Shown here: positions 36,922-47,122 of the stretch, one piece after another
Position numbering within the stretch: position 1 is the first letter of the stretch
How the letters are laid out: each line of letters starts with the position of its first letter
The notes under the pieces: generated by a model
Told to the model about the DNA's origin: nothing
Seen by the model: only the letters and a program-made list of their open reading frames with translations
Databases searched by the model: none
Assembly (NCBI GenBank): GCA_002296225.1
Contig: DBHR01000087.1
Span: 12,976 to 76,975 of the forward strand
DNA: 64,000 nucleotides
Reading direction: 5' to 3'
Source: Acidobacteria bacterium UBA823
GTDB lineage: Bacteria > Acidobacteriota > Vicinamibacteria > Vicinamibacterales > UBA823
Position numbers and translations under genes: made by a program

Positions 36922-37836
36922 ATGAACATAGCGACGAAAATGACGGGCGCCGCGGTCGCGGCTGTGCTGTGGTTAACGTTTGCTGGAGATGCGGCTGCGC
37001 AGCAGGCCGGTTTTAAGATCTACATCTCGGCCGACATGGAGGGGGTGACCGGTGCAGTTACAAACGAACAGCTCGGACCTGACGGTTTCGAATACCAGCG
37101 GTTCAGGCAGTTCCTCACCGAAGAGGTCATCGCGGCCATCGAGGGCGCTCGGGAAGCGGGCGCCATTGAGATCCTGGTGAGCGACTCCCATGGCAACGGC
37201 CAGAACCTATTGATCGACCAACTACCCACGGACGTCCAAGTCGTCCGGTCCTGGCCTCGGCCACTCGGCATGATGCAGGGGATCGACGAAACGTTCGACG
37301 GCGCCATCTTCATCGGCTACCACTCCAGCACGACGAACCCGAATGGCGTCCGCGCCCACACAACCTCGAGCGCTCAGCTGACAGCGGTGCACGTCAACGG
37401 CGCCGAGATGACCGAGGGTAGCTTTAACGCGGCTATCGCTGGTCACTTCGGCGTACCGGTCATTATGATCTCCGGCGATGACGCGGTCGTCAGTGAGGTA
37501 CAATCCTCGATCGGCGACATTGAGGGAGCCATCGTAAAGTGGGCGTATAGCTTCCACTCGGCTCGCACACTCCATCCCTCGGCCGGACGTGCGCTGATCC
37601 GCGAGAAAGCCCGCGCCGCCGTCAGTCGTATCGCAGAGTTTTCACCGTACAGGCCCGAGACACCAATCGAGTTCGACGTGACGTTCAAGAACTATCGTCC
37701 GTCTCAGCTCTTGGCTTATCTGCCACAGGTGGAGCGCACCGACTCGCACAGCATCCAGTTTGTTGGTGACGATATGGTCGAGGTCTCTCGCTTCTTCACC
37801 TTTATGATGAACTACAGCTCGTCGCTGGAACCGTAA
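36922..37836 (+). CDS. M55 family D-aminopeptidase (DppA-like), secreted
   Basis: AGGAAGGAG Shine-Dalgarno before ATG 36922, and a signal peptide. Motifs YISADMEGVTGAV and VSDSHGNG. The ORF-track N-terminal extension (from 36796) is unlikely. Confidence 0.8.
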   Translation: MNIATKMTGAAVAAVLWLTFAGDAAAQQAGFKIYISADMEGVTGAVTNEQLGPDGFEYQRFRQFLTEEVIAAIEGAREAGAIEILVSDSHGNGQNLLIDQLPTDVQVVRSWPRPLGMMQGIDETFDGAIFIGYHSSTTNPNGVRAHTTSSAQLTAVHVNGAEMTEGSFNAAIAGHFGVPVIMISGDDAVVSEVQSSIGDIEGAIVKWAYSFHSARTLHPSAGRALIREKARAAVSRIAEFSPYRPETPIEFDVTFKNYRPSQLLAYLPQVERTDSHSIQFVGDDMVEVSRFFTFMMNYSSSLEP

Positions 37837-38090
37837 CTCATGAGGAACCGTTTGACGGTCCAGTCGGTGAAACCAACCGACAGGGCAACCGTAGCCACTT
37901 TCTGCCAGAACAGCCTCGAATCGTGCAACGCCACGTTCTGAACGGAGGCAGCGACCTGGACACAGTCGGATGCACCGCACGCAAGTAGACACGGTCTTCA
38001 GGTTTTACTAAACGGACAGAACGCTGGCTTACCCCACCGAGATATAGAAGCTACGCCGGTCAGTCTGTTCGGTGGAGACCACCCCTAACG

Positions 38091-38813
38091 CTACCGTACG
38101 ATCTGCACAGCGAGAATCTCAACCCGTCGCAGCGGCGTCTCGCCGTCCAGCGGAAGGGACTCGATGGCATCCACGGTCGTCATGCCGTCGACGACGCGGC
38201 CGAAGACCGTGTACTCTCCGTCGAGCGAGCTCACCGTGCCTGTGCAAATGAAGAAGGAGGTCGACGCGCTGGCCGGGTCATCCCCTCTGGCCATTGAGAC
38301 GATGCCGCGAACGTGCGGCGTGGCGGAAAACTCCGGCTGGAGGCTGGTAACGAAGCGCTGCTGGCTCTCGTTGAGTGGCCGCTCACGGCTGCCGAGCCAA
38401 CCGGACTGGACGAGCATCCCCTCGACCACTCGATGGAACGACACACCGTCGAAGACGCCGAGCGAGGCAAGGCGGAGAAAATTACGGACATGCTCCGACG
38501 CAATGTCGGGCATGAATTCGATTGTGATCAGGCCGGCGGTGGTCGCGAGGATCGCCCGAAAGCCGGCCAGTTCCTCGACGCTGTCCACTGAGAACGGTGC
38601 CGGCTGACGCTTGTCACGAATGGTGACGGGTCGGATTGCGATCCGCTCGACGGCCTCTTTGGCGGTAATCTCCTGACGATTGAGTGCCGTTTCAAGCCCC
38701 GCCCTCATGTCCTGCACGTCATGGGCGCCGGCAGGCGTAACAAGGGAAGCCAGAATCGCGCCCGCCACGGCCGCGCGACACCGTTCACCGCAACGCTCGG
38801 ATGTCGTAGGCAT
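38091..38813 (-). CDS. cyclophilin-type peptidyl-prolyl cis-trans isomerase with an N-terminal extension
   Basis: FHRVVEGMLVQSG, SMARGDDPASASTSFFI and EYTVFGRVVDGMTTVDAIE blocks. It overlaps the upstream gene by 29 nt, so the start is uncertain. Confidence 0.8.
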   Translation of the reverse strand: MPTTSERCGERCRAAVAGAILASLVTPAGAHDVQDMRAGLETALNRQEITAKEAVERIAIRPVTIRDKRQPAPFSVDSVEELAGFRAILATTAGLITIEFMPDIASEHVRNFLRLASLGVFDGVSFHRVVEGMLVQSGWLGSRERPLNESQQRFVTSLQPEFSATPHVRGIVSMARGDDPASASTSFFICTGTVSSLDGEYTVFGRVVDGMTTVDAIESLPLDGETPLRRVEILAVQIVR

Positions 38814-40038
38814 AGATCATGTCCTGGACTCTGAGAATTAGCTGACCCTCCGAGATGATGGGATGGCTCCAAGTGGGCAGCGGGCCAATCTCAAGCCGGA
38901 ACCGTCCCAACTCACGGTAGCCGGTCGGTGACGCCTCCGCTAAGCCGACGACGCCGCGCTCGCTGAAAAGATACAGTCGGCCGTCGGCGTAAATCAGCGA
39001 GCCCTTTCCAACACTGCGATCTCGCCACGCAATCTTGCCATCGCTGAACCGCAGTGCTGTCAGTATGGCGCTCGAGAAACCGTAAAGGTGATCGCCGACC
39101 AGCACGGAGCTGCTGTGATGATTCCGCATGCTCGTGCTGTAGTAGACCTCCCTCGCACCCGCGCCACTCGGGCCGATCTCAAGGAGCGCCCCGCCACGGC
39201 CGTAGTTCGACGACAGGAATACCTGATTGCCACGAACAATCGGCGTGGCAATGTTGGCCGTCATGTTAGCGACACCGTCGTAGCTCCATAGGAGTCGGCC
39301 GTCGTCGATGGCCAGGCCGAGAGCGCGCTGCGCGGTCAAGAATATCGCCGAGTCGAACCCGCCGAGATGCTGGACCACGGCTGACGAGTAGGCCGCGCCG
39401 TCACTCTGGCTTCGCCAGACGAGTGAGCCGTCACGCTTGTCGAGTGCAACGATTGCGCCGTCATGGCCACCGGTGTTAACGAGCACACGGTCGCCAACGA
39501 CCAGCGGCGACTCACTTAGGCCCCAATACGGGTTGTAGCCACCGTAGCGCTCAAGCACGTTGATCGACCAGGTGACCCGCCCGGTCGCCGCCTCCAAACA
39601 CGTGAGGTCGCCCCGCGCACCCAGCGCATAGAGCCTGTCACCGTTAACAGTCGGCGTGCTGCGCGACCCGTCCCCCATTTCGTTGTTAAAGCGGCGTCCA
39701 TGGGCCGTTGCCCAAAGACGGACGCCCGTCGTCGCATCGAGCGCGACGACGAACTCGCTGCCGCCCCGCGCACCCAGTGTGTACAACCGGCCATCCGATG
39801 CCGAGAACGAGGAAAAACCGATGCCGACGCCACTGGCGGTCCATGCGAGTGACGGGCCCTCTGCGGGCCAGGACTGTAGGAGGTCGGTCTCCGGAGAATG
39901 CCCGTCGCGATTCTGGCCGCGCCACTGATGCCATTCGGGCGTCTGAGCGGAAACGCGCACCGAGAAACACGTCGACAGAGCCACGATAGCGGCGACGAAC
40001 ACCACGATGCATGCGATGGCACGTTGCATCAGGAGCAT
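38785..40038 (-). CDS. PQQ-like/BamB-like beta-propeller repeat protein, secreted
   Basis: Signal peptide, then repeated W-containing blade motifs (WRGQNRDG, LWAT, VTWSINV, LVWRSQ, LLWSYD, IAWRD). Confidence 0.7.
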   Translation of the reverse strand: MLLMQRAIACIVVFVAAIVALSTCFSVRVSAQTPEWHQWRGQNRDGHSPETDLLQSWPAEGPSLAWTASGVGIGFSSFSASDGRLYTLGARGGSEFVVALDATTGVRLWATAHGRRFNNEMGDGSRSTPTVNGDRLYALGARGDLTCLEAATGRVTWSINVLERYGGYNPYWGLSESPLVVGDRVLVNTGGHDGAIVALDKRDGSLVWRSQSDGAAYSSAVVQHLGGFDSAIFLTAQRALGLAIDDGRLLWSYDGVANMTANIATPIVRGNQVFLSSNYGRGGALLEIGPSGAGAREVYYSTSMRNHHSSSVLVGDHLYGFSSAILTALRFSDGKIAWRDRSVGKGSLIYADGRLYLFSERGVVGLAEASPTGYRELGRFRLEIGPLPTWSHPIISEGQLILRVQDMIYAYDIRALR

Positions 40039-40101
40039 CTATGTTATCCGCTTCCCCCAACACCGTGCGAGCCGAAGCCGCGCGCGTGCTAGGATGAAAC
40101 T

Positions 40102-40899
40102 ATGGCTTTGTTTGGCGAACATTCTTCCGTGGCCCCGGATGACGAGCGCAAATCGTCTCACGCTGGCGGCTGGCTCATCGTCGTCCCGCTACTTCTCGTC
40201 GCCGCTTCGGCCGGCGCGTACTTGCTCTTCTCGTCGTCTGAGAAGGCAACACCCATCGTCGTCGAGCGTGTGGTACCGGCGCCCACGCCAAGACCGGAGC
40301 CCGAACCCGAGCCGGTTCGCCCGGCGCCAGCACCGCCTGAACCTGAGCCCGATCCCACGCCGCCGCCGCCGGAGCCGACCAACGTCCTCCGGGTAACAAG
40401 CGACGTTGACGGAGCACACGTCTTCCTCGACCGACGCTTCTTGGGAAATACACCGTTCGATATGGCCGATCTCGAGCCTGGGATGCACCGGTTGAACGTC
40501 GCCGCACAAGGCCACGAAGGGGTCGTCAAGACGATCGACATTTCCGACGAGCCGGTGGAGCTGAACATCGAGTTTCGGATTGTGCGGCTCGACGAAATGA
40601 TCGACGTCATCCATAAGCATCGTTTTGGATCGTGCCAGGGGCGTCTCGTGGCAAACCTCCAGGGCTTCCACTACCAAACCGCACACGACGACGCGTTCGC
40701 TGTGCCGCTCAATCAGGTCGAGTCGTTCGAGATTGACTATCTCGATCACACCCTCTACCTGAAGGTGCGTGGCGATCGCGACTACACTTTTACCGACGAG
40801 CAGAAAACGGCCGACCCACTGTTCGTCTTTCACCGCGACGTCGAGAAGGCACGCACGCGTTTGGCGCAGGGCGACCGGCCGGCCGGCGATAGCCAGTAG
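40102..40899 (+). CDS. membrane-anchored PEGA domain protein with a Pro/Glu-rich linker
   Basis: One TM segment (GGWLIVVPLLLVAASAGAYLLF), the linker PAPTPRPEPEPEPVRPAPAPPEPEPDPTPPPPEP, and the PEGA-like LRVTSDVDGAHVFLDRRFLGNTPF. Confidence 0.65.
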   Translation: MALFGEHSSVAPDDERKSSHAGGWLIVVPLLLVAASAGAYLLFSSSEKATPIVVERVVPAPTPRPEPEPEPVRPAPAPPEPEPDPTPPPPEPTNVLRVTSDVDGAHVFLDRRFLGNTPFDMADLEPGMHRLNVAAQGHEGVVKTIDISDEPVELNIEFRIVRLDEMIDVIHKHRFGSCQGRLVANLQGFHYQTAHDDAFAVPLNQVESFEIDYLDHTLYLKVRGDRDYTFTDEQKTADPLFVFHRDVEKARTRLAQGDRPAGDSQ

Positions 40900-41102
40900 C
40901 GGCGGTCACCATGCCGACCCGTTGTCCTTGGGCCGGCACCGACCCACTCCGTGTCGCCACCACGACGCCGAATGTGAGTTCCGCAGCATGACGACCGGAG
41001 GATTTTCGAGATACCCGTGCTGGAAGACGCCCACGCCGGCCTGCAGTTGATCACCACAAACGGCGGGGCCCTGAATGCACTGCGCAGCCTGATCGATCGA
41101 AA

Positions 41103-41705
41103 TCAATCTTGGACGACGGCTCGCTTGCTCCGGTGGTGATCGCGCACCGCGCGGGCGAGCCTCTTACTCAAATAGACTTTTGATTCGCGGTTGTCGCGGG
41201 GGTTGACCTCGTACTTAACGACGTCGAACTCAAGATTGTCGAGCACGCTACGCATGACGTAGAACTTATTTTTTGTCTTGACGAGAATCTCATCAAAGCC
41301 GTTGTCGAGTGCCCAAGCCTCCTGTGCCTCGCTGAGCGCGCGGAAATGTCCCTGGCCACGCCAGTCGCGCCGCGTTGCGCCGATCCAGCTATAGAGAATC
41401 TTTCGGTCGCGGAACTCAACGCAATCGTGCAGCCGCACGACGAGGTCCTCCAGCCTCGGATCAGCCTCTTCGGCCCGAAGTTCGTGCGCGACTTTGTAGG
41501 AAACAGGCACGACGGTCGCGGGGTCGTTGGGTAACGGCGCCTCGGCCATGAGGATCTGATGATCGCGGCCATCCAAGCGCTGAATCACTTCAGCTGATGT
41601 CTTCCGGCGAGGAAATTCGCCGAAGTGCTCCTCAATGTACTGGATCTCTAGGGCACCCTGCTGCAACGGGTACTGTCTGATGTGGTATTCCATCGACCCG
41701 GTCAT
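41103..41705 (-). CDS. GNAT-like acetyltransferase (tentative)
   Basis: Length 200 aa. The segment IGATRRDWRGQGHFRAL resembles the acetyl-CoA-binding R/Q-x-x-G-x-G/A loop. Otherwise unassigned. Confidence 0.4.
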   Translation of the reverse strand: MTGSMEYHIRQYPLQQGALEIQYIEEHFGEFPRRKTSAEVIQRLDGRDHQILMAEAPLPNDPATVVPVSYKVAHELRAEEADPRLEDLVVRLHDCVEFRDRKILYSWIGATRRDWRGQGHFRALSEAQEAWALDNGFDEILVKTKNKFYVMRSVLDNLEFDVVKYEVNPRDNRESKVYLSKRLARAVRDHHRSKRAVVQD

Positions 41706-41746
41706 CCCGCACCACCCACGGCTACCGCTCGACGTTCGCGGGCATC

Positions 41747-44700
41747 TTACGCGAGATTCGTTGCCAGCCAGCGCTCGACCTCGTCGACCGGTCGTTTTTT
41801 CCGCGTGGCGTACGCTTCCACTTGATCCTGACCGATTCGCCCGACGGTGAAGTATCGTGCCTCCGGGTGACTAAAATAGAGGCCGCTCACGCTGGCCGCC
41901 GGCGTCATCATGCACGATTCAGTCAGCCCGATACCGGCCCGGCCGGCGTCGAGCAGTTGGAACAACTTGGCCGTCTCGCTGTGATCCGGACACGCCGGAT
42001 AGCCGAACGCCGGCCGGATACCACGAAACCGCTCGGCGAGAAGATCGTCATGGGTTAGCTGCTCTGCTACGCCGTATCCCCATTCGCGGCGGACCCGCAA
42101 ATGCAGGTACTCCGCGAACGCCTCAGCCAGCCGGTCGGCAAGGGCCTTCGCCATGATCGCATGGTAGTCGTCGTGATCGCGCTCGAACTCCGCGACGACG
42201 TCCCCCACCCCGAGACCGCCCGTCACGGCGAAGGCTCCGAGATGGTCAGCGAAGGGGCTGTCGCGTGGCGCAATATAGTCGGCAAGGGAGCGGTTCGGCC
42301 GGCCCTCAACCATCACGCCCTGCTGCCGAAGCATCGGGAACTTGGCCAGCGCGTGTGTCCGATCGGCGTCGGCGTAAGCCACGATTGAATCTTCGTCAGC
42401 ATCGGCCGGCCAAAACCCGTAGACGCCCCGCGCTGAGATAAGACGCTCGCCCACTATCCGGCCGAGCAGGGCCTGAGCATGACCGTAGAGCTCTCGCGCC
42501 GCCGGCCCATATGTTGGGTGATCCAAGATCTGTGGAAATCGCCCCTTGAGCTCCCATGTCGAGAAGAAGAACGTCCAGTCGATGAACGGGACGATCTCGT
42601 CCAGCGTCACACTGTCCAGCACCCTGGCGCCAGTGAACAGCGGCACGGGCAGTTCGGCAGCGTCCCAATCGAGCCGGAGACGATTGGCCCGCGCTTCGTT
42701 GAAGGGCAGCAGGGGCTTCGCCTTCCGGCTGGCAAAGGTCTCCCGGAGCTCGGCCTGTACCCGGCGGTTATCTGCGTCGAACTCGTTCCGGGCCGACGAA
42801 TTCAGCAGCTTCGACACGACGTTGACCGCGCGGGACGCATCCAGCACGTGAACCGTGCTTTGGCTGTACTCCGGCGCAATCTTGACTGCCGTATGCTGCC
42901 GGCTCGTCGTGGCACCGCCGATCAGCAGCGGCAGCGAGAGGTTGCGCCGCTCCATTTCCTTTGCCACAAGGACCATTTCGTCAAGCGACGGTGTAATGAG
43001 GCCACTCAGACCGACGAAGTCAGCCTCCTCGTTGGCAGCCCTCTGGAGAATTGTGTCGCACGGCACCATGACGCCGAGGTCGATGACCTCGTAGTTATTG
43101 CAGCTCAGGACAACGCCGACTATGTTCTTGCCGATGTCGTGCACGTCGCCCTTCACCGTCGCCAGCACGACCTTGCCTCGCGACGCCGCGTGACCTTGCG
43201 TCCGCTTCTCAGTCTCCATGAACGGCTCGAGATAGGCCACCGCCTTCTTCATCGCCCGCGCGCTCTTCACGACCTGTGGCAGAAACATCTTGCCCGCCCC
43301 GAACAAGTCTCCGACGACTTTCATCCCGTCCATGAGCGGCCCCTCGATGATCTCTAAGGGGCGCGGATACTTCTGCCGCGCCTCTTCGACGTCGGCGTCA
43401 ATGAAATCAACGATGCCGCGCACGAGCGCGTGCGACAGCCTGGCTTCGATGGAACTCTCGCGCCAAGACAGGTCGGCCGCCCGCTTCGTGCCTTCGCCCT
43501 TAACCGACTCGGCAAATGCCACCATCCGTTCGGTGGCATCCGGCCGACGGTTGAAAATGATGTCCTCGACGTGCTGCAACAACTCGGGCGGGATATCTTC
43601 ATAGACAACGAGCTGCCCCGCGTTGACGATTGCCATGTCCAGACCGGCCTGAATCGCGTGATATAGGAAGGCCGAGTGGATCGCCTCGCGAACGACGTTC
43701 TGGCCCCTGAACGAGAACGACAGATTGCTGACGCCGCCGCTCACCTTGACACCTGGACACGAGGCCTTAATGCGCTTCACCGCCTCAATGAAGTTGATTG
43801 CGTAGTCGTTGTGTTCCTCGAGTCCGGTAGCGATCGCCAGAATGTTCGGGTCGAAGATTATGTCGTGCGGGTCGAAGTCGAGTCGCTCGGTCAGCAGTAG
43901 ATAGGCGCGCTCGCAAATTTCGACCTTGCGGTCGACTGTATCGGCCTGCCCAACCTCGTCGAACGCCATGACGATGACACCCGCCCCATAGCGTTGAGCT
44001 ACCCTCGCCTTGCGCAGAAAATCGTTCTCACCTTCCTTGAGACTGATCGAGTTGATGACCGACTTGCCCTGAACACATTTCAGCCCGGCCTCAAGGACCG
44101 ACCACTTCGAGCTATCGATCATCACCGGTACCCGCGCAATCTCAGGCTCCGTAGCAATGAGGTTCAGAAAGCAGGCCATCACCTGTTCGGAGTCGAGCAT
44201 TGCCTCGTCCATGTTGACGTCGAGGAGGTTCGCACCGCCGCGCACCTGCTCCACGGCAACCGTGGCAGCCTCCACGTACTCCGCGTTCGTGATGAGGCGC
44301 TCGAAGCGTTTCGACCCAGTCACGTTCGTCCGTTCGCCGACCATCTGAAAGTTGCTGTCGGCATCGAACGTCAGTACTTCGAGGCCAGCGAACTGAGTCA
44401 GCCGCTCAGGCGTCGGCACGACGCGGGGCGGCAGACCCGAAACGGCTTGCGAGACCGCTCGGATGTGGTCAGGCGTAGTTCCACAGCAACCGCCAAGGAT
44501 GTTGACGAAGCCGCTGGCGGCGAACTCCCGGAGCAGTTGGCTCGTCTCGTCTGGCCGTTCGTCATATTCGCCGAAAGCGTTGGGCAAACCGGCGTTTGGG
44601 TAGCAGCTCACGTAGGTGTCGACCAAACGCGACAGTTCGGCCAGATACGGTCGCATCTCGCGCGCGCCGAAGCCGCAGTTGATACCGACCGAAAAGGGCC

Positions 44701-45457
44701 GCGCGTGCCGGGTGGACACATAGAATGCGTCGATCGTCTGTCCCGACAGGGTCCGGCCACTGCGGTCGGTCACCGTCACCGATAACATTACCGGCACGTC
44801 ATGCCCACGCTGGTCGAACACGTCGTTCAGCGCGACGATCACCGCCTTGGCGTTGAGCGTGTCGAAGATCGTCTCGACGAGAAGCAGGTCCACGCCACCA
44901 TCGAGCAGACCGCGCGCCTGCTCCACGTAGGCGTCCCGCAGCGCATCGAACGTGATTGCCCGAGCGGCCGGGTCGTTCACATCGGGCGAAATTGACAGCG
45001 TGCGATTCGTGGGACCCATGGCGCCCGCGACGAATCTTTGGCGATCCGGCGTCCGGTCGCTCCACTCCGTGGCGGCCCGCTTGGCGATCCGCGCGGCCTC
45101 GAAATTCAACTCGTAGACGACCGCCTCAAGGCCGTAGTCGGCCTGGGAGACCGACGTTCCGTTGAACGTGTTGGTCTCGATGATGTCGCTGCCAGCCTCC
45201 AGATACTCGTGGTGTATGTGCTCGACTACCTCCGGCCGCGTCAGGGCTAGAAGGTCGTTGTCGCCCTTGAGGTCGTGAGCGTGGTCACGGAACCGGGCAC
45301 CGCGGAAGTCGGCCTCCGACAACCCGCGCTGTTGGATCATCGTCCCCATCGCGCCGTCAAGCAAAAGGATCCGCTCGGCAAGCAGCCGGGCGAGCTGGAA
45401 ACGCACGTCCCCCCTGCTCTTGGCGGCAGCGTCCGATCGTGGCTTTTCTGACATCAC
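41747..45457 (-). CDS. metH: cobalamin-dependent methionine synthase
   Basis: A 1236-aa four-module protein. It has Hcy-binding ([11 protein letters not shown]), pterin-binding, B12-binding ([26 protein letters not shown]) and AdoMet-activation (C-terminal) regions. Confidence 0.97.
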   Translation of the reverse strand: MMSEKPRSDAAAKSRGDVRFQLARLLAERILLLDGAMGTMIQQRGLSEADFRGARFRDHAHDLKGDNDLLALTRPEVVEHIHHEYLEAGSDIIETNTFNGTSVSQADYGLEAVVYELNFEAARIAKRAATEWSDRTPDRQRFVAGAMGPTNRTLSISPDVNDPAARAITFDALRDAYVEQARGLLDGGVDLLLVETIFDTLNAKAVIVALNDVFDQRGHDVPVMLSVTVTDRSGRTLSGQTIDAFYVSTRHARPFSVGINCGFGAREMRPYLAELSRLVDTYVSCYPNAGLPNAFGEYDERPDETSQLLREFAASGFVNILGGCCGTTPDHIRAVSQAVSGLPPRVVPTPERLTQFAGLEVLTFDADSNFQMVGERTNVTGSKRFERLITNAEYVEAATVAVEQVRGGANLLDVNMDEAMLDSEQVMACFLNLIATEPEIARVPVMIDSSKWSVLEAGLKCVQGKSVINSISLKEGENDFLRKARVAQRYGAGVIVMAFDEVGQADTVDRKVEICERAYLLLTERLDFDPHDIIFDPNILAIATGLEEHNDYAINFIEAVKRIKASCPGVKVSGGVSNLSFSFRGQNVVREAIHSAFLYHAIQAGLDMAIVNAGQLVVYEDIPPELLQHVEDIIFNRRPDATERMVAFAESVKGEGTKRAADLSWRESSIEARLSHALVRGIVDFIDADVEEARQKYPRPLEIIEGPLMDGMKVVGDLFGAGKMFLPQVVKSARAMKKAVAYLEPFMETEKRTQGHAASRGKVVLATVKGDVHDIGKNIVGVVLSCNNYEVIDLGVMVPCDTILQRAANEEADFVGLSGLITPSLDEMVLVAKEMERRNLSLPLLIGGATTSRQHTAVKIAPEYSQSTVHVLDASRAVNVVSKLLNSSARNEFDADNRRVQAELRETFASRKAKPLLPFNEARANRLRLDWDAAELPVPLFTGARVLDSVTLDEIVPFIDWTFFFSTWELKGRFPQILDHPTYGPAARELYGHAQALLGRIVGERLISARGVYGFWPADADEDSIVAYADADRTHALAKFPMLRQQGVMVEGRPNRSLADYIAPRDSPFADHLGAFAVTGGLGVGDVVAEFERDHDDYHAIMAKALADRLAEAFAEYLHLRVRREWGYGVAEQLTHDDLLAERFRGIRPAFGYPACPDHSETAKLFQLLDAGRAGIGLTESCMMTPAASVSGLYFSHPEARYFTVGRIGQDQVEAYATRKKRPVDEVERWLATNLA

Positions 45458-45487
45458 ATTCGATCTATCGTCACTTGGCTGGCTGAA

Positions 45488-46483
45488 CTACGCGGCCGGG
45501 GTGGCCTTTCGTCGGCGCGCGGGGCGCCGCGCCTTGTGGACCACAATCCGTGTGCCGCTAGCGACCAGCACCGTAAACGGATCGCCGGAGAGATGGGCGC
45601 CGACCTTTACCGTCACGTCGGTCAGGCCGCTCCGACGCATCAAGTCGGCGAGCTTCTCGTCCGCGAACCCAAGCCACCGGTCTCCTAACCGTTCCTGCAC
45701 CCATCTCTGATCATGGGCACGCAGATCGAGAATGAGGACGCGTCCGCCCGGCCGCACAATGCGGGTCGCTTCGGCGATCGCCCGCGCAGGGTCGTCGGCG
45801 TGGTGCAGCGCCTGCGACAACACTGCGGCATCCACGTCAGCATCTTCCAACGGCAGCCGATCGAGTTCGCCCCGCTTCCAGACGACGTTGGAGACCCGGC
45901 GGCGCCGTGCCAACGCACGCGCCCGCTGCAGCACCCGATCCGACCGGTCGACCGCGACGACGCGGCGGGCCCACCGCGCCACCTCGAGAGTCAAGAAACC
46001 TTCCCCGCATCCCAAATCGGCGACCTCCATCGGCGGCAGCAACAAACCGAGCGCTCGCGCCCAAGCAGCCCAACTACGACCAGGCACGAATTGGCGGCCC
46101 TCGCTAGCGTCCGGGCTACCGTGCCCTTCGACCGACTCGCGGCGTATCCTCAACACCTCGCGCAGCTGAGCATCGTCGGCGCACGCGACCGGCGTATGAG
46201 CCACGTCAGCAAACTGCGTGCGCAGTACAGACCACAGCGGGGCCAGCCGGTCATCCGTTTCTAAATCTGATGACCGGCGATAGTAGACAAAGCCGCCGTC
46301 CCGTGATTCGGTGACAAGGCCAGCTTCCTTCAGGAGCCCCAAGTGCCGCGACACACCCGACTGGGCAATTCGCAGAATGTCGGTCAGCTCCGTCACATTG
46401 AGCCGCTCGGCCGCGAGCAGGCGCAGCAAGCGAAGTCGCGCCTCATCGCCGAACAGGCGGTAGAGCGAGCTGAGGTGCTTCAT
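45488..46483 (-). CDS. sahR: ArsR-family wHTH fused to a SAM-methyltransferase-fold domain, SahR-like regulator
   Basis: N-terminal ArsR HTH (LRLLAAERLNVTELTDILRIAQSGVSRHLGLLKEAGLV). C-terminal class I MTase motif I VADLGCGEGFL. It lies immediately upstream of, and co-directional with, metH. Confidence 0.55.
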   Translation of the reverse strand: MKHLSSLYRLFGDEARLRLLRLLAAERLNVTELTDILRIAQSGVSRHLGLLKEAGLVTESRDGGFVYYRRSSDLETDDRLAPLWSVLRTQFADVAHTPVACADDAQLREVLRIRRESVEGHGSPDASEGRQFVPGRSWAAWARALGLLLPPMEVADLGCGEGFLTLEVARWARRVVAVDRSDRVLQRARALARRRRVSNVVWKRGELDRLPLEDADVDAAVLSQALHHADDPARAIAEATRIVRPGGRVLILDLRAHDQRWVQERLGDRWLGFADEKLADLMRRSGLTDVTVKVGAHLSGDPFTVLVASGTRIVVHKARRPARRRKATPAA

Positions 46484-46530
46484 TGAATCTATAAATCTAT
46501 ATAAATAGATATATATTTACAAGAGTCAGC
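46484..46530 (-). promoter_or_regulatory. AT-rich promoter/operator candidate of the sahR-like-metH unit
   Basis: The plus strand reads TGAATCTATAAATCTATATAAATAGATATATATTTACAAGAG in an otherwise GC-rich window. It contains the inverted repeat ATCTAT-ATAA-ATAGAT (46495-46510) and the direct repeat AATCTAT/AAATCTAT. No Shine-Dalgarno precedes the ATG. Confidence 0.4.
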
Positions 46531-46595
46531 CAGCGGCCCCTGATTCCAGGGCCAAAATCACATAGGATCGTCCGGGTTGGTCCACTGTTTACTGT

Positions 46596-47015
46596 ATGAC
46601 TCGCGACCCGAAAACGGCCGAACTCAACGCCTGGCTCTGGCTATTCTGCGGTTTGCTCTCTCTCCCGGGACCGATTGGCCTCGCACTTGAGGCGTCCCAG
46701 ACGGTCGGAAGCCTCGCGTATGGCGACGTGGCCCATGCGACGGCGCTGGCGGTGCGCGTTGCCCTGACCGGACTGGGCGTCGCTGCTGCCCTGGCGCTCG
46801 TCCGCCGGCACAAAGTCGGACTCACTCTGGCCCGAGCTTCGCTGGCGACATCGGTGGCGTTCGCACTGACGCGCGCGGCGACGCCGTTCGTGCCGTCGAG
46901 CTTCGCACCGAGCGACGAATGGATCCGCTTTGGCGCCGTTGCGCTGCACGCAGCCGGATGGTGGACCTACCTAGCGACTTCTGGCCGGGTCCGCAGGGTC
47001 TACGGAATCAAATGA
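46596..47015 (+). CDS. small integral membrane protein, unknown function
   Basis: Length 139 aa with about four hydrophobic helices. It is divergent from the sahR-like gene. Confidence 0.5.
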   Translation: MTRDPKTAELNAWLWLFCGLLSLPGPIGLALEASQTVGSLAYGDVAHATALAVRVALTGLGVAAALALVRRHKVGLTLARASLATSVAFALTRAATPFVPSSFAPSDEWIRFGAVALHAAGWWTYLATSGRVRRVYGIK

Positions 47016-47122
47016 GCCCTTAGGTCTTGAGACTTGGAATTTAAGGCATAGTAAGATGCTCGTTCCATCGCGACGCTTTCCAGTCGCGTTGCGGCACTCA
47101 CGAAGTCGAGGAACTTTCAGCC

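Noticed and set aside
40279-40390. Repetitive CCGGAGCCCGAACCCGAGCCG-like DNA that looked like a short tandem repeat
   Set aside because: It lies in frame inside the PEGA protein and encodes a Pro/Glu linker (PEPEPEPV...PEPEPDP). This is a low-complexity coding region, not a repeat element or CRISPR array.
40158-40833. Minus-strand ORFs of 110-214 aa antisense to the PEGA gene
   Set aside because: These are shadow frames within a gene that has TM, linker and PEGA features. Their composition is Arg/Gly/Ser-rich.
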